Shown: positions 44,718 to 54,808, numbered from the stretch's first letter. The stretch: DNA of 58,286 nt from Corallococcus sp. AB011P (GCF_003611605.1 NZ_RAVX01000011.1:196811-255096); one strand, 5' to 3'. The notes: generated by a model not told the origin, from the sequence alone. Numbers and translations: made by a program.

Positions 44718-47700
44718 ATGGATGTCATCAAGAAACTGATCGCGTTCATCCCACCGAAGTGGAAGCCCTACGCGCTGCTCCTCGTGGCGCTGCTGGCCAT
44801 TGGCATTCCGCTGTTCCTCGTGTGGCGCGCGAAGCGCAAGAGCGCGCCGGCCGGAGGGACCGCCGCGCCGGAGCCCCTGGCGAAGAACCGGCTGCGCAAG
44901 GTGCGCGAGAAGTTCCTGGCCGGGCTGCCCCTGCGCCACCGGGTGGCGGTACGGGACCTGCCGGGTGTGGTGGTGATGGGGCCGGCGGGCGCGGGCAAGT
45001 CGCGGCTCATCGAGCTGGACCTGGACTGGAAGCGGCAGGCGCGGCAGTTCCTGCCCAGCCTCCTCACGGACTCGCTGCTCCAGGTGTACCTGGGCGCGGA
45101 CGTCGTCGCCCAGGAGGTGTCCCCGCAGCTGTTGGAGGACGAGTCGCCCCAGGCGCGCGAGGCCCTGCGCCGGCTGTGGAGGGACAGCTTCGGCGGCGGT
45201 CAGCAGGCGCTGGCGGTGCTGGTGCTGGACGCGCGCTGGCTGCAGGACACGCCCCCGGACGAGGTGCGCCGGGCCGCGCAGCTGTTGCGAGGCAAGCTCA
45301 ACCTGCTGGCGGAGGTCCGCGGGGGCGCGTTCGAGACGCGCGTGTGCCTCACCCACCTGGATGAGCGCGAGGGCTACGCGGACTTCGCGAAGCTGCTGCG
45401 CGCGCACCACGTGCCGCTGCGCTTCCCCCTGCCCCCGCCCGGCCAGGAGGGCAAGCTGGGCTCGCTGCTCAAGGCGCAGGAGCAGTACCTGGCGCTGGGC
45501 CTGACGGCGCTGCCGGTGGAATCCTTCGAGCGGCTGGAGCGCTTCTATTCGGAAGGCCACGCGCCCTTCGAGGCGCTGTCGCGCTTCGTGACGGCGCTGA
45601 TGGAGGGCCAGACGCTGGCGTACGCGCCCCGGCTGGCCACGGTGTCGCTGTCCTCCGCGGACAAGGACGCGAGGGATCCGGACGTCCTCTCGGTGTCCGC
45701 CGAGGCCAGCACGGCGCGAGCGGTCCACGACCGCTACCTGCACACGCACCTGCGCCGGGCGGTGCTGCTGGGCCTGGCGTTCGCGCTGCCGCTGCTGGCC
45801 GCGTACGGGCACTTCGCCTGGAGGCTGGGCCAGGCGAGCACGCGCGTGCAGCGCTTCGAGGACATGGTCCAGCGCATGCGCGACCAGGGGCAGGCGGTGT
45901 CCGGGGCCGCGGTGCAGGAGCCGGTGCTCGCGGCAGGCCACTCCCTGGACTCGCTGTGGAGCGCCATGAACACGTGGCCGCTCTTGCGCTACAGCTTCAC
46001 CGGCGCGCGAGAGGACCTGCGCCAGCGTCTGGCCCGGGGCATCCGCGAGGCGCACATCCGGCCCGCGCTGGAGAAGTGCCACCGCCAGCCGGACACGTGC
46101 CGTCCGGAGCAGGTCGTCTACCTGCTGGCCACGTTGCACGGCTCGCGCGAGGAGCCGCTGGGGCAGCTGGTGCTGTCCAGCCTGAAGACGCGCCCGAACT
46201 GGAGCTTCGTGTCGGAGGGAGGCACGGCCGAGCCCGCGGGCGACGTGGCGGCGCTGGAGGCAGGACGCTCGTGGGTGACGGCGGTGGGGCTGAACGAGTC
46301 CCTGGTGGCCGACTACGTCACCATGAGCAACCCGCCGTGGTCCGCGCCGGACACGCCCGAGGCCAGCTGGGCGCGCTGGCCCTTCCCGGAGCCGCTCACG
46401 CTGGAGGCGCAGCTGATGCCGTGGCAGGCGCACCTGCGGCGGTTGCAGGACCTGCTGGCGAACCGGGCCGTGGAGCCGCGCGAGCTGGAGCGGCTGGACG
46501 CGGACCTGGAGGCCATGCAGGACGAGCGCCGCAGGCTCCAGGCGCTGCTGGACGACAGCGCGCGCTTCAGCAGCCTGCCGCGAGCGTTGGAGCTCCTGGC
46601 CGCCTCCGAGGCGCGCGTGGACACCAGCCGCTTCCGGGGCATCCCCTCCACGCTCAAGACGGTGGCGTGGATCAACGACCACCGGGACGCGCTGACGAAC
46701 GTGCTGCGCATGGAGGAAGAGGCGTACCTGGGTGTGAAGGCGGTGCAGAAGATGACCGTGGCGGAGCTGCTGGTGCGCGACGGCCTGTGGCTGCCGGGCA
46801 ACGGCCCCGCGGTGCTCCAGGTGCCGGTGCTCCAGAGCACCTTCGAATTCCGGCCCAAGGACGGCTCGCGGCTGCTGCACCAGGCACTGCTGCGCTACCA
46901 CGAGAAGACGGGGCGCCTGCCCTTCGGCGTGATGGAGGGCGAGGAGGCGGTGGCGTCGCGCAGCGGCGCGACCCTGGCGGCGGACCGGCTGGAGTTCGAC
47001 ACGCGGCTGCGCCCGCTGGTGGACGAGTTCACCACGCGAATCAAAGGCGCGGGGCTGCCGGTGGAGGAGGTGTCGCAGCGCCAGGAGCACGTGCGCCGCA
47101 AGGTGAACCAGTTCGCGTACCAGTACCGCAACCGCCTCTTCCAGCGCGTGTCCACCTACCGCTTCCAGGCGGTGATTCCGGCGCTCCTGGCGGAGGAGCT
47201 GTCGCGTCTCACGCAGCCGTCCTCGGAGCTGGTGGACATGCTGCGCGACGTGGCGCAGGGCGTGGCGCTGGAGCCGTTGGACGGGCCCTTCTACGAATCG
47301 CTGCGCAACGCGGTGGCGCCGTTCAAGCCCATCGCCACGGTGATGAAGCCGGACGAGACGGGCAACTACACCGCGCTCAACCCCTACCGCGCGCTGGTGG
47401 CCCAGATGTCGGACGAGCTGAACGCGGTGCCCCGTCCGGGCGTGGTGCCCGCGGAGGCGACGGCGTCGCTCAACGGAGGCCTGGCCACCGGCAGCGCGCA
47501 GCCAGCGAGCGGGGCCGCGAAGCTTCCGGAGCTGCTGACGCCGCTGGGGCGCCTGGCCTTCGCGATGATGCTGGAGGACGACACGTCCTACCTGCGCAAG
47601 GTGGACGCGTGGCTGGACCAGCAGGGGCTCATCGGAGAGCTGCGGCAGCCCTTCCGTCAGCCGTTCCTCGCGGTGCGCGAGCTGGGGCAGCGCGAGATTG

Positions 47701-48419
47701 AGAGGACCCTGGAGCGGCAATGGGACGACGCCTCGGGTCGGTTCCTGCGTCCGCTCTTGGGGCGCTATCCGTTCACGCCGGACGCGTCGCAGGAGGTGGA
47801 TCCGGGAGACCTGGAGGTCCTGCGCAAGCAGGACGGAGCGTTCTGGGAGTTCGTGACGCGGGTGCTGGCGCCGGTGTGCGAGGAGCGAGGCTCGGAGTGG
47901 GTGGCGCGAGGCGCGCTCCAGTCCCGGCTGTCGTTGCCGCAGGGGATGTTGCCCACGCTGGGGAGGCTGTCGCGGCTGGCCCGCATGTTGTGGGACACGG
48001 AGGGGAGGCCGCGGCCACTGATGCTGCAGGTGATGCCGTTGCCACTGCCGAAGGCACCCACGCAGGGCAGCTTCGTGACGCTGGGTTCGCTGAAGTGCGG
48101 CAAGACGACGTTCCTCGCGTACAACCAGAGTCCGTCGTGGCAGGAGTTCCCGCTGGCGTGGTGGGACCAGCAGACGGCGTCGCTGATGCTGGAGGTGCGA
48201 GCGCCCGCGGACCAGTCGGTGCAGTACGCGTCGCTGGAGAAGTCGCGTTCGGCGTGGAGCTGCTTCCGGCTGCTGGAGTCGTCCCAGTCCACGGAAGACC
48301 CGCAGCACCGCCGTTGGTCGTTGAGAGCGCGAGGCGCCACCTCCACGGACGGGGTGATGGACCTGCGCTTCGGGCTCAAGGGTGAGCCCTGGATCCCGTT
48401 CCGCGAGGTGCCGCGATGA
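44718..48419 (+). CDS. tssM: Type VI secretion membrane subunit TssM (IcmF), 1233 aa.
   Basis: N-terminal transmembrane helices (YALLLVALLAIGIPLFLVW). Walker A is GPAGAGKS. The size matches IcmF. The gene overlaps tssJ by ATGA. Confidence 0.85.
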   Translation: MDVIKKLIAFIPPKWKPYALLLVALLAIGIPLFLVWRAKRKSAPAGGTAAPEPLAKNRLRKVREKFLAGLPLRHRVAVRDLPGVVVMGPAGAGKSRLIELDLDWKRQARQFLPSLLTDSLLQVYLGADVVAQEVSPQLLEDESPQAREALRRLWRDSFGGGQQALAVLVLDARWLQDTPPDEVRRAAQLLRGKLNLLAEVRGGAFETRVCLTHLDEREGYADFAKLLRAHHVPLRFPLPPPGQEGKLGSLLKAQEQYLALGLTALPVESFERLERFYSEGHAPFEALSRFVTALMEGQTLAYAPRLATVSLSSADKDARDPDVLSVSAEASTARAVHDRYLHTHLRRAVLLGLAFALPLLAAYGHFAWRLGQASTRVQRFEDMVQRMRDQGQAVSGAAVQEPVLAAGHSLDSLWSAMNTWPLLRYSFTGAREDLRQRLARGIREAHIRPALEKCHRQPDTCRPEQVVYLLATLHGSREEPLGQLVLSSLKTRPNWSFVSEGGTAEPAGDVAALEAGRSWVTAVGLNESLVADYVTMSNPPWSAPDTPEASWARWPFPEPLTLEAQLMPWQAHLRRLQDLLANRAVEPRELERLDADLEAMQDERRRLQALLDDSARFSSLPRALELLAASEARVDTSRFRGIPSTLKTVAWINDHRDALTNVLRMEEEAYLGVKAVQKMTVAELLVRDGLWLPGNGPAVLQVPVLQSTFEFRPKDGSRLLHQALLRYHEKTGRLPFGVMEGEEAVASRSGATLAADRLEFDTRLRPLVDEFTTRIKGAGLPVEEVSQRQEHVRRKVNQFAYQYRNRLFQRVSTYRFQAVIPALLAEELSRLTQPSSELVDMLRDVAQGVALEPLDGPFYESLRNAVAPFKPIATVMKPDETGNYTALNPYRALVAQMSDELNAVPRPGVVPAEATASLNGGLATGSAQPASGAAKLPELLTPLGRLAFAMMLEDDTSYLRKVDAWLDQQGLIGELRQPFRQPFLAVRELGQREIERTLERQWDDASGRFLRPLLGRYPFTPDASQEVDPGDLEVLRKQDGAFWEFVTRVLAPVCEERGSEWVARGALQSRLSLPQGMLPTLGRLSRLARMLWDTEGRPRPLMLQVMPLPLPKAPTQGSFVTLGSLKCGKTTFLAYNQSPSWQEFPLAWWDQQTASLMLEVRAPADQSVQYASLEKSRSAWSCFRLLESSQSTEDPQHRRWSLRARGATSTDGVMDLRFGLKGEPWIPFREVPR

Positions 48420-48928
48420 AACCGTGGGCAAGCTGCATCCCCTTGGCGCTGTGTTTCCTGGCCGCGTGCCAGCCGAGCACGCTGCATCTCAGTGTGAAGG
48501 CCCCGTCAGGGACGAACCAGGGCCGGCCGCTGTACATGCTGGTGCGCAAGGTGGATCCAAAGCAGTTCGCCGTGGAGTCCTACGGCGAGGTCTCCGCGCG
48601 CATCTTCCAGCCGGACGCGGACGTGCTGCTGTCGGCGCTGATCTATCCGGGCACGCTGCAGCGCCTGAAGGTGCCATTGCCGGAGAACGCGCCGGTGGCG
48701 GTGTCGTTCCTCTTCACCGCGCCGGACGGCACCTGGCAGCAGTTCGTCAACACGCCCACGCCAGGCTCGCTGGACATAGAGCTACTCGAAGGGCGCATCC
48801 GCACGGGCACCCAGCCCGCGGCGCCCAAGGAAGGCGACGACGCGGCGAAGCCGCCCGAGCCGCCCGCCGCCCCGAAGCCCCCACCCTCCTCTTCCGCCAA
48901 GGCCCCGGCCCTCCACGCCGAGAACTGA
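48416..48928 (+). CDS. tssJ: Type VI secretion lipoprotein TssJ, 170 aa.
   Basis: A lipoprotein signal with a LAAC lipobox (MKPWASCIPLALCFLAAC). PLYMLVRKVDPKQF resembles the TssJ vRvYQLk motif. The gene follows tssM. Confidence 0.7.
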   Translation: MKPWASCIPLALCFLAACQPSTLHLSVKAPSGTNQGRPLYMLVRKVDPKQFAVESYGEVSARIFQPDADVLLSALIYPGTLQRLKVPLPENAPVAVSFLFTAPDGTWQQFVNTPTPGSLDIELLEGRIRTGTQPAAPKEGDDAAKPPEPPAAPKPPPSSSAKAPALHAEN

Positions 48929-48937
48929 GGTCGCCTC

Positions 48938-51900
48938 ATGCAACGCATCCTGTACATCCTGACGGCTGCACTGTGCGTCCTGACCGCCTGTGGTCCCGAG
49001 GCTGAGAAACCACCCACGGTGGCGGACAGCAGGGACACGCGTGTCCAGGTCCGTGCCGCGGCGCTGCGACCCGACGATCCAGTTCCCTCGCTCGAGTTGA
49101 ACGATTACTCCATCGGCTTCGATCCGCAGGCGGCGTGCATGCCGCAGGAGAACTCGCTCACACTGACCAATGCCGGCACCACGGATCGCAAGATCTACCG
49201 TGCGAGCATCACCGGGGGATTCACCTTCAACGGCGTGTACGGCGCGACAGGCCCCCGCTGCGACACCAACTGCAACGTGCCGCCCACGCCCGTCAACGGC
49301 ACGGGCGCAATGACCGTGAGGGTTGGCTTCGCTCCGGTGCAGCCCGGAAACTTCAACGGGACACTGACGCTCTACACGGATGATCCGGTCGCCCCGGTCA
49401 TCACGGTCACGCTGACCGGCACGGCCACGGGCCCGTTGATCGTCGTTGGACAGACATCCGTGGCGTTCGGCGCCCATGAACTGGGCTCGTCACCGCCGCC
49501 GCGCAACGTCACGGTGATGAACCTGGGCAATGAGCCCTTCGCCCTGGCGCCGTCCGTCACCGCCCCCTTCAGCGTGTCCGCCGCCATTGCGAACCTCGCG
49601 CCTGCGACCTCGACGACGCTCGCGGTGACCTTCGCCCCCTTGACCCATGATGACCTGGGCTCCATCACGCGTACGCTCTTCCTGACGAGCGCTTCCACCG
49701 CGTGCGCCACCCCGCCCTCCGTCACTCTCACCGGCATGGGGTTGGCCCCCGCGGAACTCGGCTTGAGCCACACCGCGCTGGTCTTCAACGAGACGCAGCC
49801 GAACGCCACCAGCGCCGCGAAGGAGGTCACGGTCTGGAACAAAGGGGACAGCGTGCTCAACGTGACCCAGTTGAAGCTGCCCGCCAACTCGCCGTTTCAC
49901 GTCACGCCATCGGGAGCCTTCAGCCTCGTGAAGGGAGAGACCCAACGCCTGACACTGACGTTCCGCCCAACGACGGTGGGGAGCTGGGACCACCACCCCC
50001 TCACCTTCGTCATCGATAACACCGACGGGCCAACCATCTCCCTGACATGCAGCACGCCAGTCGTGTCCCCCCCGACGCTCGTGCTCAGCCCCGCGGTGAT
50101 GGCCTTCCCGCAGACGCCGCTGAACACCGACAGCGCCCCCCAGGAGGTCACCCTCCGGAACGAGGGTGGCAGTCCGCTCAACGTGACCGAACTGAAGCTG
50201 ACTTCGGGGGCCGCCTTCCGGGTCGATACCCTGACCGCTTTCAGCGTTGCGCCCGGGGAGACCCGGCGAGTGAAGGTGACCTTCCGTCCAGTTGCGCCCG
50301 GGGGGGCATCCGACACGCTCGTCGTCAAGAGCAACATCCCCGATCAGTCCTTGACTCTGTCGGGCTCCGCGCCATCAAGCCCGAAACTTGTCTTGATTCC
50401 CGATGAGCTGGCTTTCGAGGAGACGCCGTTCGACACCGACAGCGCTCCCAAGGAGGTCACCGTCACGAACGGCGGAGACAGTCTGCTCCAGGTGACCAAG
50501 CTGACATTGCCCGCCAACTCACCATTCCGCGTCAATGTCTCGGGCACATTCAACCTCGCGCCCGGAGGCACCCAGCGCCTTCAGCTGACGTTCCACCCGA
50601 CGGAGACGAGCGCCACGACCGGCAAGCTCACCTTCACCAGCAACGACCCTGCCCCACCTGAACTCAAACTGTCCGGAACGAAGGCACCGGGCAATGCCCA
50701 CCTGACCCTTTCCCCCGCTTCGTTCGAATTCGCCGAACAGGAGGCAGGAGACGTGGGCAGTGAGCAGAAGAAGGTGACGGTGACCAACACGGGAACGGTC
50801 TCTCTGACGGTGACGCCCGTGGTGACCACGGGCAGCAGTGCCTATTCCGTGAGCCCCACCACGGCGTTCCCCCTGGCACCGGGAGGGACACGCGAGCTCT
50901 TCATCACGTTCAACCCCGGCGCCAGTGAGAACGGAGCCGTGAATGGCGTGCTCACCTTCGGTACGTCGCCCACGACGTCCGCCGTGTTCAACGCGCCCCT
51001 CCATGGCACCGCGCGCAAGACTTCGCTGGAAATCAGCACGTCCCGACTGGACTTCAGGGAGTGGACTGTCGGCGACGCGTACCTGACCGAGCAGGTCATC
51101 CTCACGAACAACACCAACTGGCCCATCAAGGTGTTCCCCGTGTCCCCCGGGGTCCTGGCCCCCTTCACGATCTCCGGCATTCCGGCGGAGGGCCGGACCA
51201 TCGAGAGGAACGGTGGCACCGGCCTGGTGACGGTGACCTTCGCCGCGACCACCCCAGGCACATACTCGAAGACGCTCCAGCTCCAAACAGATGCCTCGCA
51301 GTCCCTGCCCCCCGTGGCAATCACCGGACAGGCGCTCGCCCCCAACCTGGAACTGGAAGAAGGAACACTGGAGTTGCCGACCGTGGCCCCCGGAGGAGAG
51401 TCCATGGCCACGGCGAAATTGTTCAACACCGGCAACCAGGCCCTGTTCCTGTCGCGGATCACGCCTGAAAGCGCCGCTCATTTCCAGGTCGTCGACTTCC
51501 TGCCGCAAACAATCCAGCCGGGAGGGGACACCACGGTGAAGGTGCGCCTCCGTCCGATGACCAGCACGGGCAACCTGGAGACGCGGCTGCACTTCTTCAC
51601 CACGAATGACCGGCAGCTTCCGCCCGTGCTCGTCGTCAAGGGTAAATCCAGTGGCCCCAACGCCATCTTTGGCGTGGACTCCCTCGACTTCGAGTCCTGC
51701 CAGGTGAACGCGACCTGTATCAACGACAAGAGCCTGAGTCTCACGAATGCAGTGGGCGCCTCCGAGCCGCTCCGGGTGACGTCGATCGCCATCTCGCCGT
51801 CGGTCTCGGCGTTCTCCGTGGATCCGATTCCCGCCACCGAGCCCAAGCTCGATCCTGGCTCTACGCGTCAGTCGGCCTTCAAGGTGAGCTTCCGCCCGAC

Positions 51901-54808
51901 CGAGGTGGGGAGGCGGTACCAGGACAACCTGGTGATTACCTACAAGGGCGTCGACTCGGGGGTAACCACCACGCGCACCTTTCCCTTGAGTGGCTTGGGT
52001 GCGGATGCGGAGCTGTCCGCGGCTGAAGACGCCATCAATTTCCCCGCCACACTCAAGGACTCGATCAGCGTCATTGACATTGTCATCAAGAATTCAGGCA
52101 AGGTCGAAGCCACGCTTGAAAGCGTGACGGTGTCCCCGTCCAATGGCTTCCTCGCGAATGTGGAGGGCTGGCCGCTCAGAACCATCCCCAAAGGGGGGGA
52201 ACGCAAGATCCGGCTGACCTTCAATCCCACGACGAGCACGGGTTCATACTCCGCGCAGCTCCAGATCAAGCTCACGACCACGCCCACTGGCTCCTTTGCG
52301 CTTGTCCGTGACATGACCGGAGAGGCTTCCATCGCGAAGCTGGAGTTGAGCAGCAGCCAGGTCGTCTTCGGAGAGGTCCCGCGACGGACCACCAAGTCCC
52401 AGATCATCACGCTTCGCAACATCGGGTCCGCGAGACTCAAGGTCAGCAACGTGGAGGCCAACGAGCCCTTCAGCGTGACACCAGTCACCACCGACAAGAC
52501 CTTCCCCCTGTACCTTGACAAGAACGGCGAGCAGAAGATCGAGGTCAGCTTCCGGCCGGAGACGACGCAGCCCACGGACGCGGTCCTGACCGTCCACAGC
52601 GACTCCGACGAGTCCACGGAGCTTCCCATCTACGTTTCCGGCCGGGGAACCGTGCCAGTGCTGGCATTGCCTGGCGGGAGGAATCCCAAGTTCCCGCCTC
52701 AAACCAAGGACGTCGAAGGGACCGGACTGCTCCAGGTGGTGAGGAATGACGGCAAGGCGGACCTGGTCGTTTCCTCCGTGAGCGTTGCCGGGGAGTTCTG
52801 CCTGCGGCCTGAGCCCGAGCCCAATCCCAAGCCCAGCGACTGCCCGCTGACATTTCCTGGATTTACCGTCAAACCAGGAGAGACCTATTCATTCAACGTC
52901 GCAGCCAAGCCCATCGACAAAGGCACGCGCAAAAGCCTGCTCACCATCGTAAGCAACGCGGAGACGACCCCCGACACGGTGAATCTGGAAGTGGAAAGCG
53001 TGGGCAGCGTGTCCATGCCGTCGACGGTGGTCGACTTCGGGCAGGTGAACTTCGGTTCGTCCGTGGACAAACTCGTGACGGTCGACAACTCAGGCATCAC
53101 GGCAGCGAATGTTTCGGTGCAATTCGACTCGGGCAGCTCTGAGTTCTCCATGGTGGACTCGTCACTGCAGGTGCCCGCGGGGCAAACCGCTCAACTCAAG
53201 CTGCGGTTCCGTCCTCTGGGAACGACAGGAGGGCGAAGGACCGCGACGGGAAGGTTGAACGTGCAGGGGGCATCACAGGTCCCCTTCACCGTGTCTGGCA
53301 CGGCCACCTCCGTGCGCTTGGAGGTGTCGCGCCAGGACGGCGAGACCTTTGACGGCGCACTGGACTTCGGGGCCACCCGGGTGAACACGAAGTCGGACTT
53401 CATCCGCCTGCGACTGACCCATGTGGGGCCGGGCGGAAGTGCGGATGCGGGAACGGACGGCGGAGCTGGCAGCAACGAGGGCCTGCTCACCATCAAGAGC
53501 ATCAGTCTGGAGGGGGAAGACGCGAGGTCCTTCATCCTCGGGGGTGTCGCCTCATCCATTGAATTGGCGAAGGGAGGGTTCCTGGACGTCCCTCTCCAGT
53601 TCAATCCCGACAGCCAGAGACGCTTCAACGCGGTCTTGCGCATCACCTCCGACGACAGCCAGTCAAGCACCACCCTGGTGACGCTGGGAGGCCGTGGCCG
53701 GACGAACCAGCTCAGCCTGTCCACGCCCACGTTGGAGTTTGGTGCGCGGGTGGCCGAGTCCTCCGCCTCGGCGATCCGTTCCGTGCGGATCACCAATGAA
53801 TCACTCCAGCCGCTGAAGGTGAAGGGCATGGAGATCATCGGCGTGGCGGAGAACTCCGAGCCGTCGCACTACAGCGTGGAGTCCGCCACTACGCTCACAC
53901 TGGCGGCACAGGAGTCGAAGGACATCATCGTCAAGTTCGTCCCTCGCCCGGACGTGACGTCCAGGGCCGCCCTCCTGATTGTGACGGACGACATTGAGTC
54001 TCCGGAAGCGCAGGTGTCGTTGTCGGGCCGAGGGCTCTCCACGGTGTTCCGGGCGCTCAATCGCGCGCTGGACTTCGGCACCGTGCGCCAGGCGGAGCCG
54101 GCGACGGCGAAGGTGGTGCTCACCAACGACAGCACCCAGGAGCTGGTGCTGATGCAGCCCAAGGTGGAGGGGCCCCAGGCCACGAGCTTCGTGGTGGTGT
54201 CGCCCATCCTGGGAGCGGAGGGCCGCACGCTGCCGCAGGGTGACTCGCTGACGCTGGACCTGAAGTACGACACGTCGGTGATTGGCGCGGCGAAGGCGAC
54301 GCTGGTCCTGGGCACGAAGGACCAGGAGCGCGCGGCGCTGGTGGCCCTGTCGGGTGTGTCCGTGGCCAGCTTCCTGACCATCGAGCCGTTCGAGTTGGAT
54401 CTGGGCTGGGTGGACATTGGCGCCACCAGCGCGCCGCGCACGGTGACGCTCACGAACCAGTCCGCGTCGCCGGCGCGCTTGAGCGTGGTGGAGAACACCA
54501 ACGCGGCGTTCGTGATCGACGCGAGCGCGCTGGACGCGGAGCTGGCGCCGGGAGCGCAGACGACGGTGGGCGTCACCTTCCGCGGCGAGGTGGGAGGCCC
54601 GGCGGAGGGAACGTTGAAGCTGCGCCTGCGCGGAGAGACGACGGCGGAGGCCACGCTCACGCTGAAGGGCCAGGCCCGGACCCTGGGCGGCACGGGCGGC
54701 GGCTGCGCCTGTGGCACCAGCGGGGATGGGGGCGCGGCGTTGGCGCTCCTGCTTCTGCTGGGGTTGGGACTGGCGCGTCAGGGGCGGCGGGCGCAGGAAC
54801 GAGGCTGA
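48938..54808 (+). CDS. Giant cell-surface lipoprotein (1956 aa) with about 17 tandem Ig-like repeats of the ASH / choice-of-anchor-D type and a C-terminal MYXO-CTERM sorting signal.
   Basis: The lipobox is LTACG. A recurring module of about 95 aa carries (V/L)T(V/L)xNxGxxxLxV ... F (for example VTVWNKGDSVLNVTQLKLPANSPFHV, VTLRNEGGSPLNVTELKL, VTVTNGGDSLLQVTKLTLPANSPFRV). The C-terminus GGTGGGCACGTSGDGGAALALLLLLGLGLARQGRRAQERG has a Gly/Cys box, a hydrophobic stretch and an Arg-rich tail, which is the MYXO-CTERM pattern. The gene starts 9 bp after tssJ with a GAGG SD. Confidence 0.8.
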   Translation: MQRILYILTAALCVLTACGPEAEKPPTVADSRDTRVQVRAAALRPDDPVPSLELNDYSIGFDPQAACMPQENSLTLTNAGTTDRKIYRASITGGFTFNGVYGATGPRCDTNCNVPPTPVNGTGAMTVRVGFAPVQPGNFNGTLTLYTDDPVAPVITVTLTGTATGPLIVVGQTSVAFGAHELGSSPPPRNVTVMNLGNEPFALAPSVTAPFSVSAAIANLAPATSTTLAVTFAPLTHDDLGSITRTLFLTSASTACATPPSVTLTGMGLAPAELGLSHTALVFNETQPNATSAAKEVTVWNKGDSVLNVTQLKLPANSPFHVTPSGAFSLVKGETQRLTLTFRPTTVGSWDHHPLTFVIDNTDGPTISLTCSTPVVSPPTLVLSPAVMAFPQTPLNTDSAPQEVTLRNEGGSPLNVTELKLTSGAAFRVDTLTAFSVAPGETRRVKVTFRPVAPGGASDTLVVKSNIPDQSLTLSGSAPSSPKLVLIPDELAFEETPFDTDSAPKEVTVTNGGDSLLQVTKLTLPANSPFRVNVSGTFNLAPGGTQRLQLTFHPTETSATTGKLTFTSNDPAPPELKLSGTKAPGNAHLTLSPASFEFAEQEAGDVGSEQKKVTVTNTGTVSLTVTPVVTTGSSAYSVSPTTAFPLAPGGTRELFITFNPGASENGAVNGVLTFGTSPTTSAVFNAPLHGTARKTSLEISTSRLDFREWTVGDAYLTEQVILTNNTNWPIKVFPVSPGVLAPFTISGIPAEGRTIERNGGTGLVTVTFAATTPGTYSKTLQLQTDASQSLPPVAITGQALAPNLELEEGTLELPTVAPGGESMATAKLFNTGNQALFLSRITPESAAHFQVVDFLPQTIQPGGDTTVKVRLRPMTSTGNLETRLHFFTTNDRQLPPVLVVKGKSSGPNAIFGVDSLDFESCQVNATCINDKSLSLTNAVGASEPLRVTSIAISPSVSAFSVDPIPATEPKLDPGSTRQSAFKVSFRPTEVGRRYQDNLVITYKGVDSGVTTTRTFPLSGLGADAELSAAEDAINFPATLKDSISVIDIVIKNSGKVEATLESVTVSPSNGFLANVEGWPLRTIPKGGERKIRLTFNPTTSTGSYSAQLQIKLTTTPTGSFALVRDMTGEASIAKLELSSSQVVFGEVPRRTTKSQIITLRNIGSARLKVSNVEANEPFSVTPVTTDKTFPLYLDKNGEQKIEVSFRPETTQPTDAVLTVHSDSDESTELPIYVSGRGTVPVLALPGGRNPKFPPQTKDVEGTGLLQVVRNDGKADLVVSSVSVAGEFCLRPEPEPNPKPSDCPLTFPGFTVKPGETYSFNVAAKPIDKGTRKSLLTIVSNAETTPDTVNLEVESVGSVSMPSTVVDFGQVNFGSSVDKLVTVDNSGITAANVSVQFDSGSSEFSMVDSSLQVPAGQTAQLKLRFRPLGTTGGRRTATGRLNVQGASQVPFTVSGTATSVRLEVSRQDGETFDGALDFGATRVNTKSDFIRLRLTHVGPGGSADAGTDGGAGSNEGLLTIKSISLEGEDARSFILGGVASSIELAKGGFLDVPLQFNPDSQRRFNAVLRITSDDSQSSTTLVTLGGRGRTNQLSLSTPTLEFGARVAESSASAIRSVRITNESLQPLKVKGMEIIGVAENSEPSHYSVESATTLTLAAQESKDIIVKFVPRPDVTSRAALLIVTDDIESPEAQVSLSGRGLSTVFRALNRALDFGTVRQAEPATAKVVLTNDSTQELVLMQPKVEGPQATSFVVVSPILGAEGRTLPQGDSLTLDLKYDTSVIGAAKATLVLGTKDQERAALVALSGVSVASFLTIEPFELDLGWVDIGATSAPRTVTLTNQSASPARLSVVENTNAAFVIDASALDAELAPGAQTTVGVTFRGEVGGPAEGTLKLRLRGETTAEATLTLKGQARTLGGTGGGCACGTSGDGGAALALLLLLGLGLARQGRRAQERG

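Noticed and set aside
44337-48431. A 1364-aa minus-strand ORF.
   Set aside because: It is the antisense shadow of tssM, with an R/Q/L/H-rich composition. The plus-strand frame carries the transmembrane helices and the Walker A motif.
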